In this document: one piece after another, positions 24,201 to 35,460 of the stretch
How the letters are laid out: every line of letters starts with the position of its first letter
Numbering within the stretch: the first letter of the stretch is position 1
Source: Takakia lepidozioides
Taxonomy: Eukaryota > Plantae > Bryophyta
Length of the DNA stretch: 64,000 nt
Assembly: GCA_030704615.1 (NCBI GenBank)
Contig: CM060734.1
Location: 12,276,001 to 12,340,000, forward strand
Direction of reading: 5' to 3'
Translations under genes and position numbers: made by a program
The notes under the pieces: model-generated
What the model was told of the DNA's origin: nothing
The model's database searches: none
The model's input: only the letters and a program-made list of their open reading frames with translations

Positions 24201-27200
24201 GTGTCTGCAAAAAGAAAAAATGGAAGCAAGGGAGAAAGGAACTAGACGTCCACAGGGGGCCCGAAAGGCTAATAAGAAAAAGTAGAACAAGAGTGAGAGA
24301 TACCTGGACATAGAAAAGCATAGGCCGATTTGGAACCGGCCAAGGGAAGTCAATCTGAGACTGGAGTCGGTCCGACATAGTGACCCCATTCTGCAGTGTT
24401 CCCTCATAAAAGCTATTTGAAGGGAATTCGGAGAGGCACGGATGCATACGGTATTGGACCTGCCAGTTAATGCATATTTATCAAGCTCATCACAATGATC
24501 CCAAATGGATACCAAACATTTGCAGCAAAACTGACACTAAAAGATGTACTGTACCATAACAGGACTCTCGGCCAGGGTAGAATAATGATCCTGCCTACCT
24601 GGAGACGAATGGGCTTCACACCAAGTAACACAAGGCGCTCAAACAGGGACTGGGCTAGGCCAGCACGTGCAGCCTTCTTGCACATAATAACTGGGCCTAG
24701 CTGGCAATGATCCCCCACCAAAACCACCTGCAACCACCCTCCATAATATTGTCTGAGCCTATGCACCAATCATATGTGGTACAACGCAGCTTTAGAATAA
24801 ATAAAAAACATTCAAATGAGCTGAAGGTCATGTACCTGCTTAGCCCCTAGCACTAATGGAATCAGACACTCTGGCTCTGTTGCTTGAGTCGACTCGTCAA
24901 TTAACACCTGCAAAGCAACAAGCAAATACAAAATTCACTTCTACACACACGTTAAGCAATTTTATGGTTCTACTGACATTCTATTGAAGCAAGTAACGAA
25001 ATAATAGACTTCTGAGAAACTTTCAGTGGGGGCTGACTTTACCTTCTATGCCTCCTTCAGGAAGGTGACTGGCAGCAACCAGAGCCACCCTAAATAGAAT
25101 CAGGGACCGAATACACTATATGACTCATGAATAAACATTAACACTTGGAAGTTTGGCACTGTTTACAGCTATAATCACTTCAGAACAAGTACTAAGCCTT
25201 TAGGTACTCTAGATCTGCCAAATACCTGATACTTCAGATCAATATAGGAATCCTTCATTACAGACAGAGAATAAGAGTCGCAACTGGCACACAGGGGTGT
25301 ACTTAGTCATGTGTAATTTCTACTCCCATCTCAAGAAATGAAACTACCTGACCTTCAGAGGATATCCAGATGCACATCTTGCATGATGCCAACACAAGCA
25401 TGCATGGAACCACAACTAGAACTTCAAAACAGTGGGCCACGTGCAAACCTGACGGAACCGGAAGTTGGCAAGTCGGGGGTCGCCTGCACCCACACATGTA
25501 CCACAGATCACATCTGCACTCTGAGCAATCTCCCTCTCCGTTGCCCTCTTCAAAGCCTTGTACTTTTTCTCATCAGCACTTGACAGCTCCCCTGGATGAA
25601 GGGCCCAGAAAAATGTCACAATGCCAGTAAGAAACTCATTTGGAGGACAATGTTGAAGAGCTCTTGAATGATTGATTGAGGGATATTTGAAGGATACTTG
25701 CAACGGCCATACAAGGCTGAAAGAGAGCTTGAGGAAAACAAAGCAAAAACATAAACACAGCACACCTCAGATGCATGCACGACAACTCTTTCAATACTTA
25801 CCTTGCTCATCTTTCAGAATCTGCAGCTTATGTAGCTCACTCTTATCTGTTGTGTCCAAATGTCTCACCTGTACCCAACATCCCACCACCATATAGTATT
25901 GTACTAACCTCAGTAAGAGTCTGAGCACTTAACATGCTGCATAAAATAGAATCACTTGTCATGGGCAACATCTTACTTCACTTCTAGTCAAACTGTAGTA
26001 AGCAAACATCTGCCAAAATGCGACCCCTACAAGCCCTACTCTTAGATGAAATGCCGTCACAAAACAATAATCAGTTGCAACCACTTGTGTGGCAGCTGAG
26101 CCCCAATCGAACTTATTCACAATCACAACCAAAACTTTCAAACACTGAGGCTAAAGAAAGAAAAAGCAGAGAAAACACACCTGATAGTGTAGAGTGAGAT
26201 GCTCCACTGGGGAGCTTACTGCCTCTCTTGACTTTGCACAGAGTCTCACCACCTGAAACAGCAAAATTTATCAAATCCCCACTTTAGATTTGAAGGTACT
26301 GGATGGATGGTGTTTTTCTGGCAGATCTCTGTAAGCAAGCCTTCTAGAGCTTGCAACTCCAGCAGTTCCAATACCTAAGTAGTAAGGTCCAAAATGTTAT
26401 GCATTTGTAGTGCCACAACTTGCTTTGGCTTAACCTGTTGGCCAGGTTAGGCAGATGAACATGGGTAGGAAGTTCACCTTAAGACCAGTTGCACTGATCT
26501 TCTCTGCCAGTTGGTCCACCGCCACATTGCTCGGTGCGCACACCAAAACCTATTGATCAGTAGCATAATCAGCTCCAAAGCAAGGCAAAAGAGGGAAGAC
26601 AGAGGTGCATAACAAGAGGTGTGGCAAATTGCTGCTGTCAATCACACCCCACACATAAGAAATCCCTCCTAACACGAAAAAAAAAACAAAAAGATGTAAA
26701 CTACCATCCAGATAGCCAACGAAGGGCGAAATCATATAGGACTTGTGAAGCAAGGACAAACACAGGGGCCAAGACAAATTACATAGGAAAACCACGTATT
26801 CAACAAAAATAAATACATGGGACAAGTACCAAAATATAGCAGACTTTTTGCAGAATTACCTGACCCTGGCCCTGTTTTGCCAGATGATACACAATAGCTG
26901 CTGAAGTCACTGTTTTCCCCGTTCCTGGGGGACCTTGAATTAGGCTCACTGGCTTTTGCAGCACACTCTTGACAGCAAACACCTGCACAAAGGTCAGGTG
27001 GACACAGCCAAAAGATCAGCCACGTCAAGGAACAGGTCCTATTGCTTATCACAACATCAAGAAAGTCATGGGAAATTTCTTCATATGGCTGGTTCTATCA
27101 AATTGCTTCCAGGCTTCAGTGAAGTAAGGCATAGGTGGCATCACTTTTCAGAGCTGATGGATATTAACAACACCTATCTCATGCACAACTACCAAAGGGA

Positions 27201-30200
27201 AACCCTGTGTCAAGGTATACTTTATGGTAGAAAGTAATCCATTAGAACCAAGCCACGAACCAGCAAACAAATGTTGGCTGCACATAATATGAGAGTTTCA
27301 AGGGATTCCAGTTACCTTGAAATCATGACTCTTGTCAGCCTAAGCAATATTTCAACATCAACAGATCCGGCAAAGCTTGTGGAGAGAATCATGGCATGCA
27401 AACAGAGACATTCTGGGCGTAAGCCAAGAACAGACCCAGTTACATAGCAAGTATAAAGCAGGAATTACCTGTGAAGCATTCAGTTCAGGCAGGCCTGGAG
27501 CTCCAAAGCGACGAGGGAGCGTATTGCGGACAGTTTGCAATTCGACTTCATGCCCTAACAAATGGTGGTAAATATACCTGCAGGACTTTAGGTGATTAGA
27601 AGAAAACTACTCAGGATCGGTGCAAATCTGCAAAGCATAGACAAGCAATAATCATGATCCAGAGACAGCACACAGATTTTTGTATTACAGGTCGCAGAGA
27701 AATGAGAGGGGAGGCAACTGGAACATATAAGGAGGCGGAGGGAATCAACAGCGACTATTGGGGGATCTAAAAGGAGGGTGCTACAGAGGTACGTGATAAA
27801 TGCTTGGGGTACTCAGAATCAAGGTTCTTACCCACTAACACTGGTCTCATCAACAGCAAAGTTCTTCATAGTTCCCTGCATCCGGTCAAAGCTGGTACTT
27901 TTCCATACAAAATCGACGCTGAAATTGTGGTTTGCATCAATGGGGACCCCCTGCAGTGGTTGAACAAAGAGACAAGTCAGATTACAGGCTGTAGTGCCTC
28001 AAGTTTTTGCTGTTTTGCCACGAGGTTACCAACTTTCCAAGACAAATTTCAGGTCAGCCGCTTATTTGAAAATTCGGAAGTACATTCTAAAAGGACACCC
28101 TGACAAAAGCCCATGGGTCTTCCACAGTTCTTGTGAGATGAAAAAAGTAAAGTTTTACACATTGCCTTCATGCTGTACAACGCTGATAACTATGCCTGCC
28201 ATACTCTTCTATGGCCCTTACAAAACAGTCCCAACAGCCTTCAGGCAGCACAGCAAAAGAGGCAAGTAACAAAACTTCATAGATTTCTGACTATACAAAA
28301 ACTAGCCGAAACCCAAATTGTTAGATTCCACCCCCTCTCTGATAAACAACACTTCCAGGTGCTTCATTATAAAGCCTTGCCTACTGTGTATCGCACAGAC
28401 TTCCACTAAGTTGACGATGATCCCAAGTTTAAATGATCAACAGAGTTCATAAACAGACATCAATTTACAGGACACACCTGGCTAGCTCGCAGTTCCAGAG
28501 CCACCTCCTCTTGCGCTGTTAGCTTAATCTGCGATCCACACAAAATCAATGACAGCAGTATCAGCCCCCTATTTGACTCACATTTGGAAAAGGATATACA
28601 GCTAGTTGCCCTCTCCCTTTCTCACACCAACCCTAAGCAAATCTGCATGTGGAAAGTACATCTTTGACATGCAAATAAAATACTACCACGAGGAAGCTGC
28701 AAACAGGAATACCCTTCAGAATAGTGACGCTTTAACATACATACCAAGAGCACCATGTCACATTTGGTAACCAGTTCAGCCCATAAAAATACGTTTTTTA
28801 AGAAACAGAAAACAAACATGACACCAGATCCCATACCACATGGCCAACGGACTGCCATCCTGAATGGGCACCATCCCCGGCATAGCGCAACCGCAATTCA
28901 TCTCCAGGAACTAACCGTAACTCATTGTCTTCCTGCACCATCACAAACAAGAGAACTAAGCCATGCCATGAACTGAACTCAACATTTCGACATGGACGAA
29001 CACAAATACGATAGTAGATTTTGAGGATGGAAGTAGAAAAAAAGGAATAGATTGTAGGAAGCCAACAGGCTTATGTGAGTGAAGAATGAAAGAAACTTTG
29101 AAATGGCGACAAGGGTCTGTGACTGCCATGGGAGAAATAAAAAGAAAGATAAAAGGGACCATTGTAAAATCCACAGAAAGCTCTGAGAGCTTGCAACCGA
29201 ACCTATGGACAAAGCACAAGTCTAAAGTAGGGCTTCTATCCTATGGCTCCTCTCCCCAAAAGGAAGGTTAGGATTACTCGAAGCTCCTGACAGGTTAGGC
29301 CTCTTTACTTGCATTTGTGGAAGGCTTTGGCTATTTTTAGAAAAATGATCTGGGGTTTCACCACTTTCCTGTTAAACCAGGGGAAGGAAAATAGATGGAC
29401 ACCGGGGAGGAGGAAGGACAGAGAAAGATATGTTTGCCCTTAACCATCCAGGATCATTGCTAACCTTGGGAAAGACAAAATAAGCAACACGCTTCTTGTT
29501 GAGCCCAACATCCCAACGCACAGTGATGTTATCCTTACTCTGACTCTCTTTCATCATCTGCAGGAGGCCCAGCACAACAATTGGAAAACACCAAGAACAC
29601 ACAGGTTGCACAATGAGCAATCACCAAACTGAAGTACCTACAAAAGTCTGTTTGGACTGATGATACACTCAAAACTCCTGGCATAGAACTCAATAGCCAT
29701 CACCAGGAGAATTAGAGTTGTTCTCAGTAAAGTGCTGACCTGGATGAAAAATCACACCAAAACGAAATAGTATGTTAAAAGAACATAGCAACATTTAACT
29801 CTACACTGCATTAGAGAAAGCACAAGCAAACAAGCTGAAGGAATCTTTGTTGCTCTTTTGTGGAGCGTACATCACATTACCTTATCATAATCAGCCTCCA
29901 GCTTTACCAGTGGTCCAAACACATTTTGATACTGCCAAATAGAGTGACAGAGATAAGAAAATTATCAAACAGAATTGCAACTCACTACAGATTACGGAGA
30001 GAGAAACAAAAAACAAATGAGAGCTGCTCCTCAAGACAGACTCCCGCTTTCTCTTTTTTGGTCAATAAAGGACACTCCAGGACAGATTAACCAGAGTTTC
30101 AACCCTCTCTCTTGTCACTCTCTGGTAAGTGCAAACCGAACTACCAGCTCCAGTGAAATGGAGTTCCAAGTAACCAGGCTACGGAAAGAAGTGGACAGTG

Positions 30201-32214
30201 TACATCCCTCTTCCTACATCCCTGCCTCCACTTAGATATTATCTTCACCAGTTCATGCATATTATTGAAAGCGTAATCTCTCCTTACATTTTTACCATCA
30301 ATCAGTAGCATTGGCTCTTACAATGGAAGAACAGCAATGAACAGAACGATTTTCACAAAATAAGTACGAGCCTGCAAAAGATGAACTATGTCAACATCCA
30401 ATATCCCCACCTGGTAAGCATCTTGATACTTAAGAGCCACAGGTTGTGGTTCATCATCCACACCAGGCTTTTCAAGATCCTCCAATGTTGCATCCGGGTT
30501 GGACTTCCAGAGCTCCTCCACCTTATTTATTTGCTGGGCACTGATTTGACGTGCCCTGAGCTGCTCCTGCTCCGATGGAACCTGCCCACAAGCAAGCCAT
30601 CCGAGCGCATGGAGGAGTCCAAGACAAATCCCTGTGAATGATGGTAGCGAAAGCTGCTGGGGCAGAGTGGCCTTACCATACCAACTGCGCCAAAGAGGCT
30701 CCAACAGGGCAGAGTGACTCAAATATGTGACAAGGCCTTGATTTCATGTACAATGACACCCTGGCCAAGGGATTTGAAAGGAAAGGCATGAGTAGCCCAA
30801 ACACCACCTAGGATTGCCAGAAGTAAACGCAATTGCGAACTTCAGGTTTACACTTTAGCAGCTACCAAGCAACTGTGGCCCTACAGCCGTTTGCCTGAGC
30901 CATTCAATCTACGCCAGAGCCACATGTCCATTCATAACAGTTTAAACAATCCCATACCATTTTGAGAACCCGAGAAAAGACTTTGACAAACTCACCTTAA
31001 CCAGCCATGACAAGAAACAGCGGTCATCGATAAGAGGTAGCCATTGGCTTAGATCCCAATTCATGTCTTTCAAGCCATTCACACTCAAGCATGGCTCTCG
31101 GCACAAGAGTACCACCAAACTTTCCGATTTCGCAGGAATAAAACCCAACAAAAATACGTTCCGACAGCCACAATTGTAGCATTCCAAAATTGTCTCTCCC
31201 AGAGGACTATCTTTATGTAGGCAGACCTCCTTATGTTTTGCCCGAACCTGTGATCAAGACACTAAAGGTTAGGGATTGTCTCTCTTTCTACTCAGCAAGA
31301 AAGATGCTAAAAAACCAGCCTTCGCACAGCAAGCAACTGCAGATGAATATAAGTTTCTGGCTGGATGCTTCCAATCTTCCGCTCAAATAAATCTACATAC
31401 CAAAAACCCTAGCTACTGCCATAGATCATTGCGTCAAGCAGTACACATTTGCAACATTCCTTCGCTTATCCAATTTTAGAGAATTTGGGAAGTTCGCTCA
31501 GGATGAGGTCCACACTCACAATCATGATCAACAAACAAGCAAACAAAGTTGGAGGCTCATAAGAGATACGTTCAACGCATGCCCCAACCCTTAACTGTCG
31601 TGCAAAGTACAGCAAGAGAGTCATGTTTGGTTGAGGCAGGGGCTCCAAGCTTTTCACCCCCTCAACCCTAAAACGTAGGGAGAAGAACGAATGCACCACA
31701 GCAACCAGAAGCATACCAAATGATTGACGATATGAGAGCCGGATGTATTTCCACGGGAATTGCAGAACCATTTCCGACATGAGGGCACGTTGCAGCGGAC
31801 TATGCACGCCGGGTTATGTATGCCACAATATTTGCATGCGTGCTCAGGAAGGTCTCGTTTGGAGTAGTCATGACTGTCGTCGTCTCCTGTATCCTCAAAA
31901 CTGAGATCGCCTATACCTGCTGCCAACGCACCGAGAGCCTGACTGATTAATTTTGCATCGCTAGCTACGTCCACGGCTGCAACCATCTCCGCGGATCCAA
32001 TAACCAAGTCATTCGCATCTGGCGCGGAGATAGACGTTGAGAGATGGGAGGTATCAGTCCACACGGAAGGCCGAGCTGGATGGCTAAGTTCTGTAAACTC
32101 CGGGTAATCGAAGTCATCTCCTTGAGTGTTGAATTCCAGAAAAGTGTAGGCATCTCCGTGTTGCTGCGTCGCCACTGAGTACACATCGTGTACCACAGCC
32201 GCTTGTGTGGCCAT
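15212..32214 (-). CDS. UPF1: Regulator of nonsense transcripts 1 (UPF1 RNA helicase), 29 coding exons, 1273 aa
   Basis: CH domain ([23 protein letters not shown]), [48 protein letters not shown] and an S/TQ-rich tail. GT-AG exons in transcript order: 31717-32214, 30996-31247, 30411-30581, 29881-29931, 29465-29557, 28837-28932, 28478-28528, 27832-27950, 27469-27577, 26860-26982, 26478-26549, 26181-26252, 25802-25868, 25449-25591, 24836-24907, 24599-24727, 24304-24459, 20223-20336, 19742-19840, 19439-19516, 18901-19035, 18724-18798, 18173-18326, 17308-17693, 16922-16984, 16658-16729, 15936-16067, 15706-15822, 15212-15334. These sum to 3822 nt with an open frame. Confidence 0.97.
20505..23125. 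repeat. ~170-bp tandem repeat array in UPF1 intron 17 (20505-20807 and 22902-23125), split by the LINE insertion
   Basis: Unit GGACCAAAAGT..GAGAC..CATC..GTCCATA..CAGCCAGA..GAGAAATGAAATGG..AAGAGCTTAT.GGACAA, present in about 3.5 copies. The AAGCTCAAA..TTATGGGACAA core recurs twice at ~63548-63630. Confidence 0.8.
20808..22901 (-). mobile_element. Tandem dimer of 5'-truncated non-LTR retrotransposon (RTE/RTEX-like) within a single TSD
   Basis: TSD ACATTACCTAGAGA at 20794-20807 and 22902-22915. Copy 1 (20808-22263) carries RT motifs [16 protein letters not shown] and YTYLG plus a C-terminal CPLC..HFLIHC knuckle, with one in-frame stop at 22083-22085. Copy 2 (22264-22901) repeats the 3' ~630 bp with about 5 substitutions. 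Confidence 0.93.
23150..24130 (-). mobile_element. Older degenerate LINE fragment (second RTE/RTEX-like family) in UPF1 intron 17
   Basis: [21 protein letters not shown] (RT thumb) and a 3' [20 protein letters not shown] motif shared with fragments at 51190, 63140 and 63690. Confidence 0.75.
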
Positions 32215-32496
32215 CGAAAAGAATTTACTCCGTCACACTGGATATGGAATCCAAGACATGTGGCGATGACAATATAGCATATGGCACACACCGAGATTCC
32301 TAGGCGCTCCAACACACTGACATACAGAACAACGGGGAGAGAGACGAGGGTTTTGGTTCCCCTTAGGGCACCGCCCCACCTTTGGCGATTGCTACAATAG
32401 CCACGCATTGCTACCAATAATAACCCGTATCAAAACCAAGTGTTATCTAAGGCTCATGAATCTACGAAAGATGACCATAATTTCTCAATTTCTATT

Positions 32497-32505
32497 CACT
32501 ACAAG
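32497..32505 (+). mobile_element. CACTA-type terminal motif CACTACAAG (possible left TIR)
   Basis: The motif lies just upstream of the SET/Tnp2 remnants. No clear subterminal repeats follow it. Confidence 0.3.
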
Positions 32506-32532
32506 CTAGGTAGTAAAGTAAAAATAACTATT

Positions 32533-32640
32533 AGATAAAAGATAAAGATAAAGATAAAGATTCTTTAACGTCCAGTGAATTTACAAAGCCTACTGCTCAA
32601 CACAGAGGCCATCGAGGGCCCAATGGACGGTCTGAAGGCA
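32533..32640 (-). mobile_element. 3' tail of a LINE/SINE ending in a (TCTTTA)n microsatellite
   Basis: A (TAAAGA)n tract at ~32533-32560 abuts a short unique 3'-end-like sequence. Short tandem-repeat tails are typical of RTE-type elements. Confidence 0.4.
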
Positions 32641-32810
32641 TATATTAGAGAGCGAGTCAACAAATAACAGATGGGGATGTTTCGAGAAACAAGGATAGGA
32701 GAGAGGGGTCAATGGCCAGAAGGCTACGGCCCCGGATACAACAAAGACGAAAATGGATTTGGAAAACTAGGAAGTTCTGGCACCGAGCTGTTTTCTGAAT
32801 TTACAGGGAC

Positions 32811-33231
32811 CCTAGTATGGGTCGCGGACTTTTTTTTTTAATGGAGGATGTAATTTTGGGTCCAAGAGAGGATTTTGTAGTTTTGTTCCCCTATTTTGGG
32901 CCGAGGTACACCCATCGGGAGTGGCAATTATTGCAGACACACGGCCCAGGGTCCTTGATCCGTCCTTACATCCTTCTTGTGAACGATAATGATGTAAGGG
33001 CGAGAAAATTGGGCCACGGTGCCCGTATTTATTGTGATAGAAACCCCGATGTGTACGGCAATGTGACTGGGCTCATCAATAGTTCAGTTACCTTACCGCC
33101 AGGCCACACTGCCAACGTGTTTTGGGATGAGCGCCATGACGGGGATTGTAGATTGCACCCTTACATCAATAATTTTGTGATGAAATGTGCGAGGAGGACC
33201 ATTCGGGCTGGAGTATGACTTTAGGCGTTAG
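32811..33231 (+). pseudogene. SET-domain (lysine methyltransferase-like) ORF, C-terminal part, TE-associated
   Basis: Ordered SET motifs MGRGLF (GxGLF), PYFGP (YxG), GNVTGLINSS (cf. RFINHS) and ARRTIRAG, then a frameshift to EYDFRR* (the IxxGEEL..Y motif with EEL deleted). Confidence 0.72.
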
Positions 33232-33602
33232 CCGAGTTTCATCATGTGTAGATGGACGTATGAACTAGACATTTTGTACATTGAGGTGGTTTCCTCCACC
33301 ATGTATATATATACAGATGCATCGATGTGTATTTGGGTGCATTTTTTCATGCTATATTCAAGGGAGTTTTGGTGGATGCTATATGTGAATTAGGGTGTTT
33401 TGAATTTATAGTACTTACCCCATTCATGTGGTGAAGCAATGTATGTATTCCCCTTGTGTGTATAATGTGTACTTTGGGTTTTATCCCATATGATAATGAA
33501 TAGCGCTATGTATGGAAACTGATAATGACATGGTTGTTTTTGGCATCTTAGGATGCCGGCCACAACCCCACGACGTTAATTCATGAAGTTCATGATCTTG
33601 TC

Positions 33603-34126
33603 ATGAACCGAGATTTTGTTCCTTCGGAGGGGGTGTGTGTCAAAAGGACCCGACCCCGTCTGACATGGCGGCCTTCGATGATGAGGATGACATTGTATGA
33701 GGACCTCTTAATGCATCAGATGGTAGATGAGGACACGGACTCTTTGAATGACATGGAACAAGAGGACAAAACTCCCGTATACGACGAGGCCAAAGTGAGT
33801 AGACTTTCAACCATCTTGTTGTTGCTGAATTTGCAATTCTGGTTTGGCATAAGCAATGTGGGTATGTCTGCCATAATGCGGACTATTGCGGACTACATCC
33901 TTGCCCACATTTGAAGCTGAGAATGCCACGATCAAGAAAAGAGGCAAGAGCAGCCTTGGATGCTGTGGGGATGGGTTACAAAATCTTTCATGCATGCCCA
34001 TGTGATCGCACCTTATACTATGGAGAGGATGAGCGTGCCACCAAGTGTCCAAAGTGCAACCTAGACCGATATCGGGATGATGTTGATGGGTCGTTTCCAT
34101 CCAACCGTATGATGTCATGCCCCTAA
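33603..34126 (+). pseudogene. CACTA (En/Spm) Tnp2-type transposase, N-terminal fragment
   Basis: PVYDEAKVSRLSTILLLLNLQ..GISN, then MPRSRKEAR..GMGYKIFHACPCDRTLYY..CPKCNLDRY (the HAC..CP.C..RY zinc motif of Tnp2). Frameshift near 33910. Confidence 0.88.
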
Positions 34127-34214
34127 CGTATATACAAGTCTGGGATATCAGAGAACATGAATCGTTAATCGATTGATGATCTGTTCATTTTATGTTTGAT
34201 GTTAGATGTTTGCG

Positions 34215-34830
34215 AAATCATCCGATGTGCTTCTCTCTACTATCATACCTGAGCATGTGCTTGAGTTTTTTTTTGTGATGAAGAGTATTACATCATTGAT
34301 CAACGGTCTTGCAATAATCTTCTGTTCCTCCATAAACAATTTGTTGATTTTATTTGATTATTTTATTTGATGATTGATGATTGGTGATTAATAATTTCAT
34401 GATTTGATGTTTGATTTGATATTGATTTTGAATTAAGACCAAAGCTTTATACAAAGTGAAATCATCCGATGTTGTGCTTCTCTCTATCCTACCTGAGCAT
34501 GTGCGCGCGTTTTTCTGTGATGAATAGTATTGCACCGATTGCAATTGCATCGTTCTATGACAAAACCTTTCGAATTCGTCAAAGAATCGAGGATGCCACC
34601 AAAGAAGTTTAGTATGCGCCTAATCCGAGGTTCTTTGGAAGTTATCTGATATATCTAGATGTCAACATGTCTCCTGACTCTGAAGACAACGATCTTGAAA
34701 ACCAATAGCCACGATCTTGAAATAAGGCCAAAGCTTTATACAAAGCGAAATCATCCGATGTTGTGCTTATCTCTACCATCCTACCTAAGCATGTGCGCGA
34801 GTTTTTTTTGTGACAAAGAGTATTGCACCC
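34215..34830 (+). repeat. Three copies of a ~95-bp repeat (~34215, ~34440, ~34730) around an inverted family-R segment
   Basis: GAAATCATCCGATG..TGCTT.TCTCTA..ACCT.AGCATGTGC..TTTT.TGTGA..AGTATT occurs three times. Confidence 0.75.
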
Positions 34831-34867
34831 ATTGACCCCTTTCTCCTATCATTTTTTTCGAAAATTC

Positions 34868-35460
34868 CCTTCACTCATGGTCAGTGCCCACCTAGTTATG
34901 GTAAGGAGCAGAGGAAGAGAATCGCTATCAAGGCTTTACCTTATACTATGGTAGGGGGCAGAATGTATAAGCTAGGACCTGATGGAGTACTTAAACGATG
35001 CTTGTACCACCATGAAGTAAATAAAGTTTTGGAGGAAGTTCATAAAGGAGTGGCTGGAGGTCATTTTGGAGAAGAGACTACTAGCAGGTTACTGGTGGCC
35101 TACTTTGTTCAAAGATGTACACAAGTATTGTCAGAGTTGTGATGAATGTCATAGGCTAGGACCTTTGCAGAGATCTGGGAAGATGGCTTTGCATCCTACA
35201 ATGCCTACTGAACCATTTCAGAAATGGGGACTAGACTTTGTTGGACCAATTAACCCACCGGCCAAGAATACATAAAACAAGTATATAATTACAACCACTG
35301 ATTATACTACGAAGTGGGTGGAAGCTAAAGCTCTGAGGGACAACACAGCCAAGTCCACAGCAAGGTTCCTATATGAGAACATACTTACACGATTTGACTG
35401 TCCCTTAGAATTTATCAGTGACCAGGGAAGTCACTTCATTAATGAGACCATTGAACTACT
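34868..35460 (+). pseudogene. Ty3/gypsy integrase N-terminal and core fragment (inverted relative to the adjoining RT-RH)
   Basis: H..GGHFG..YWWPTLFKDV..CDECH zinc finger; WGLDFVGPI; DYTTKWVEA; ISDQGSHF. Confidence 0.92.
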
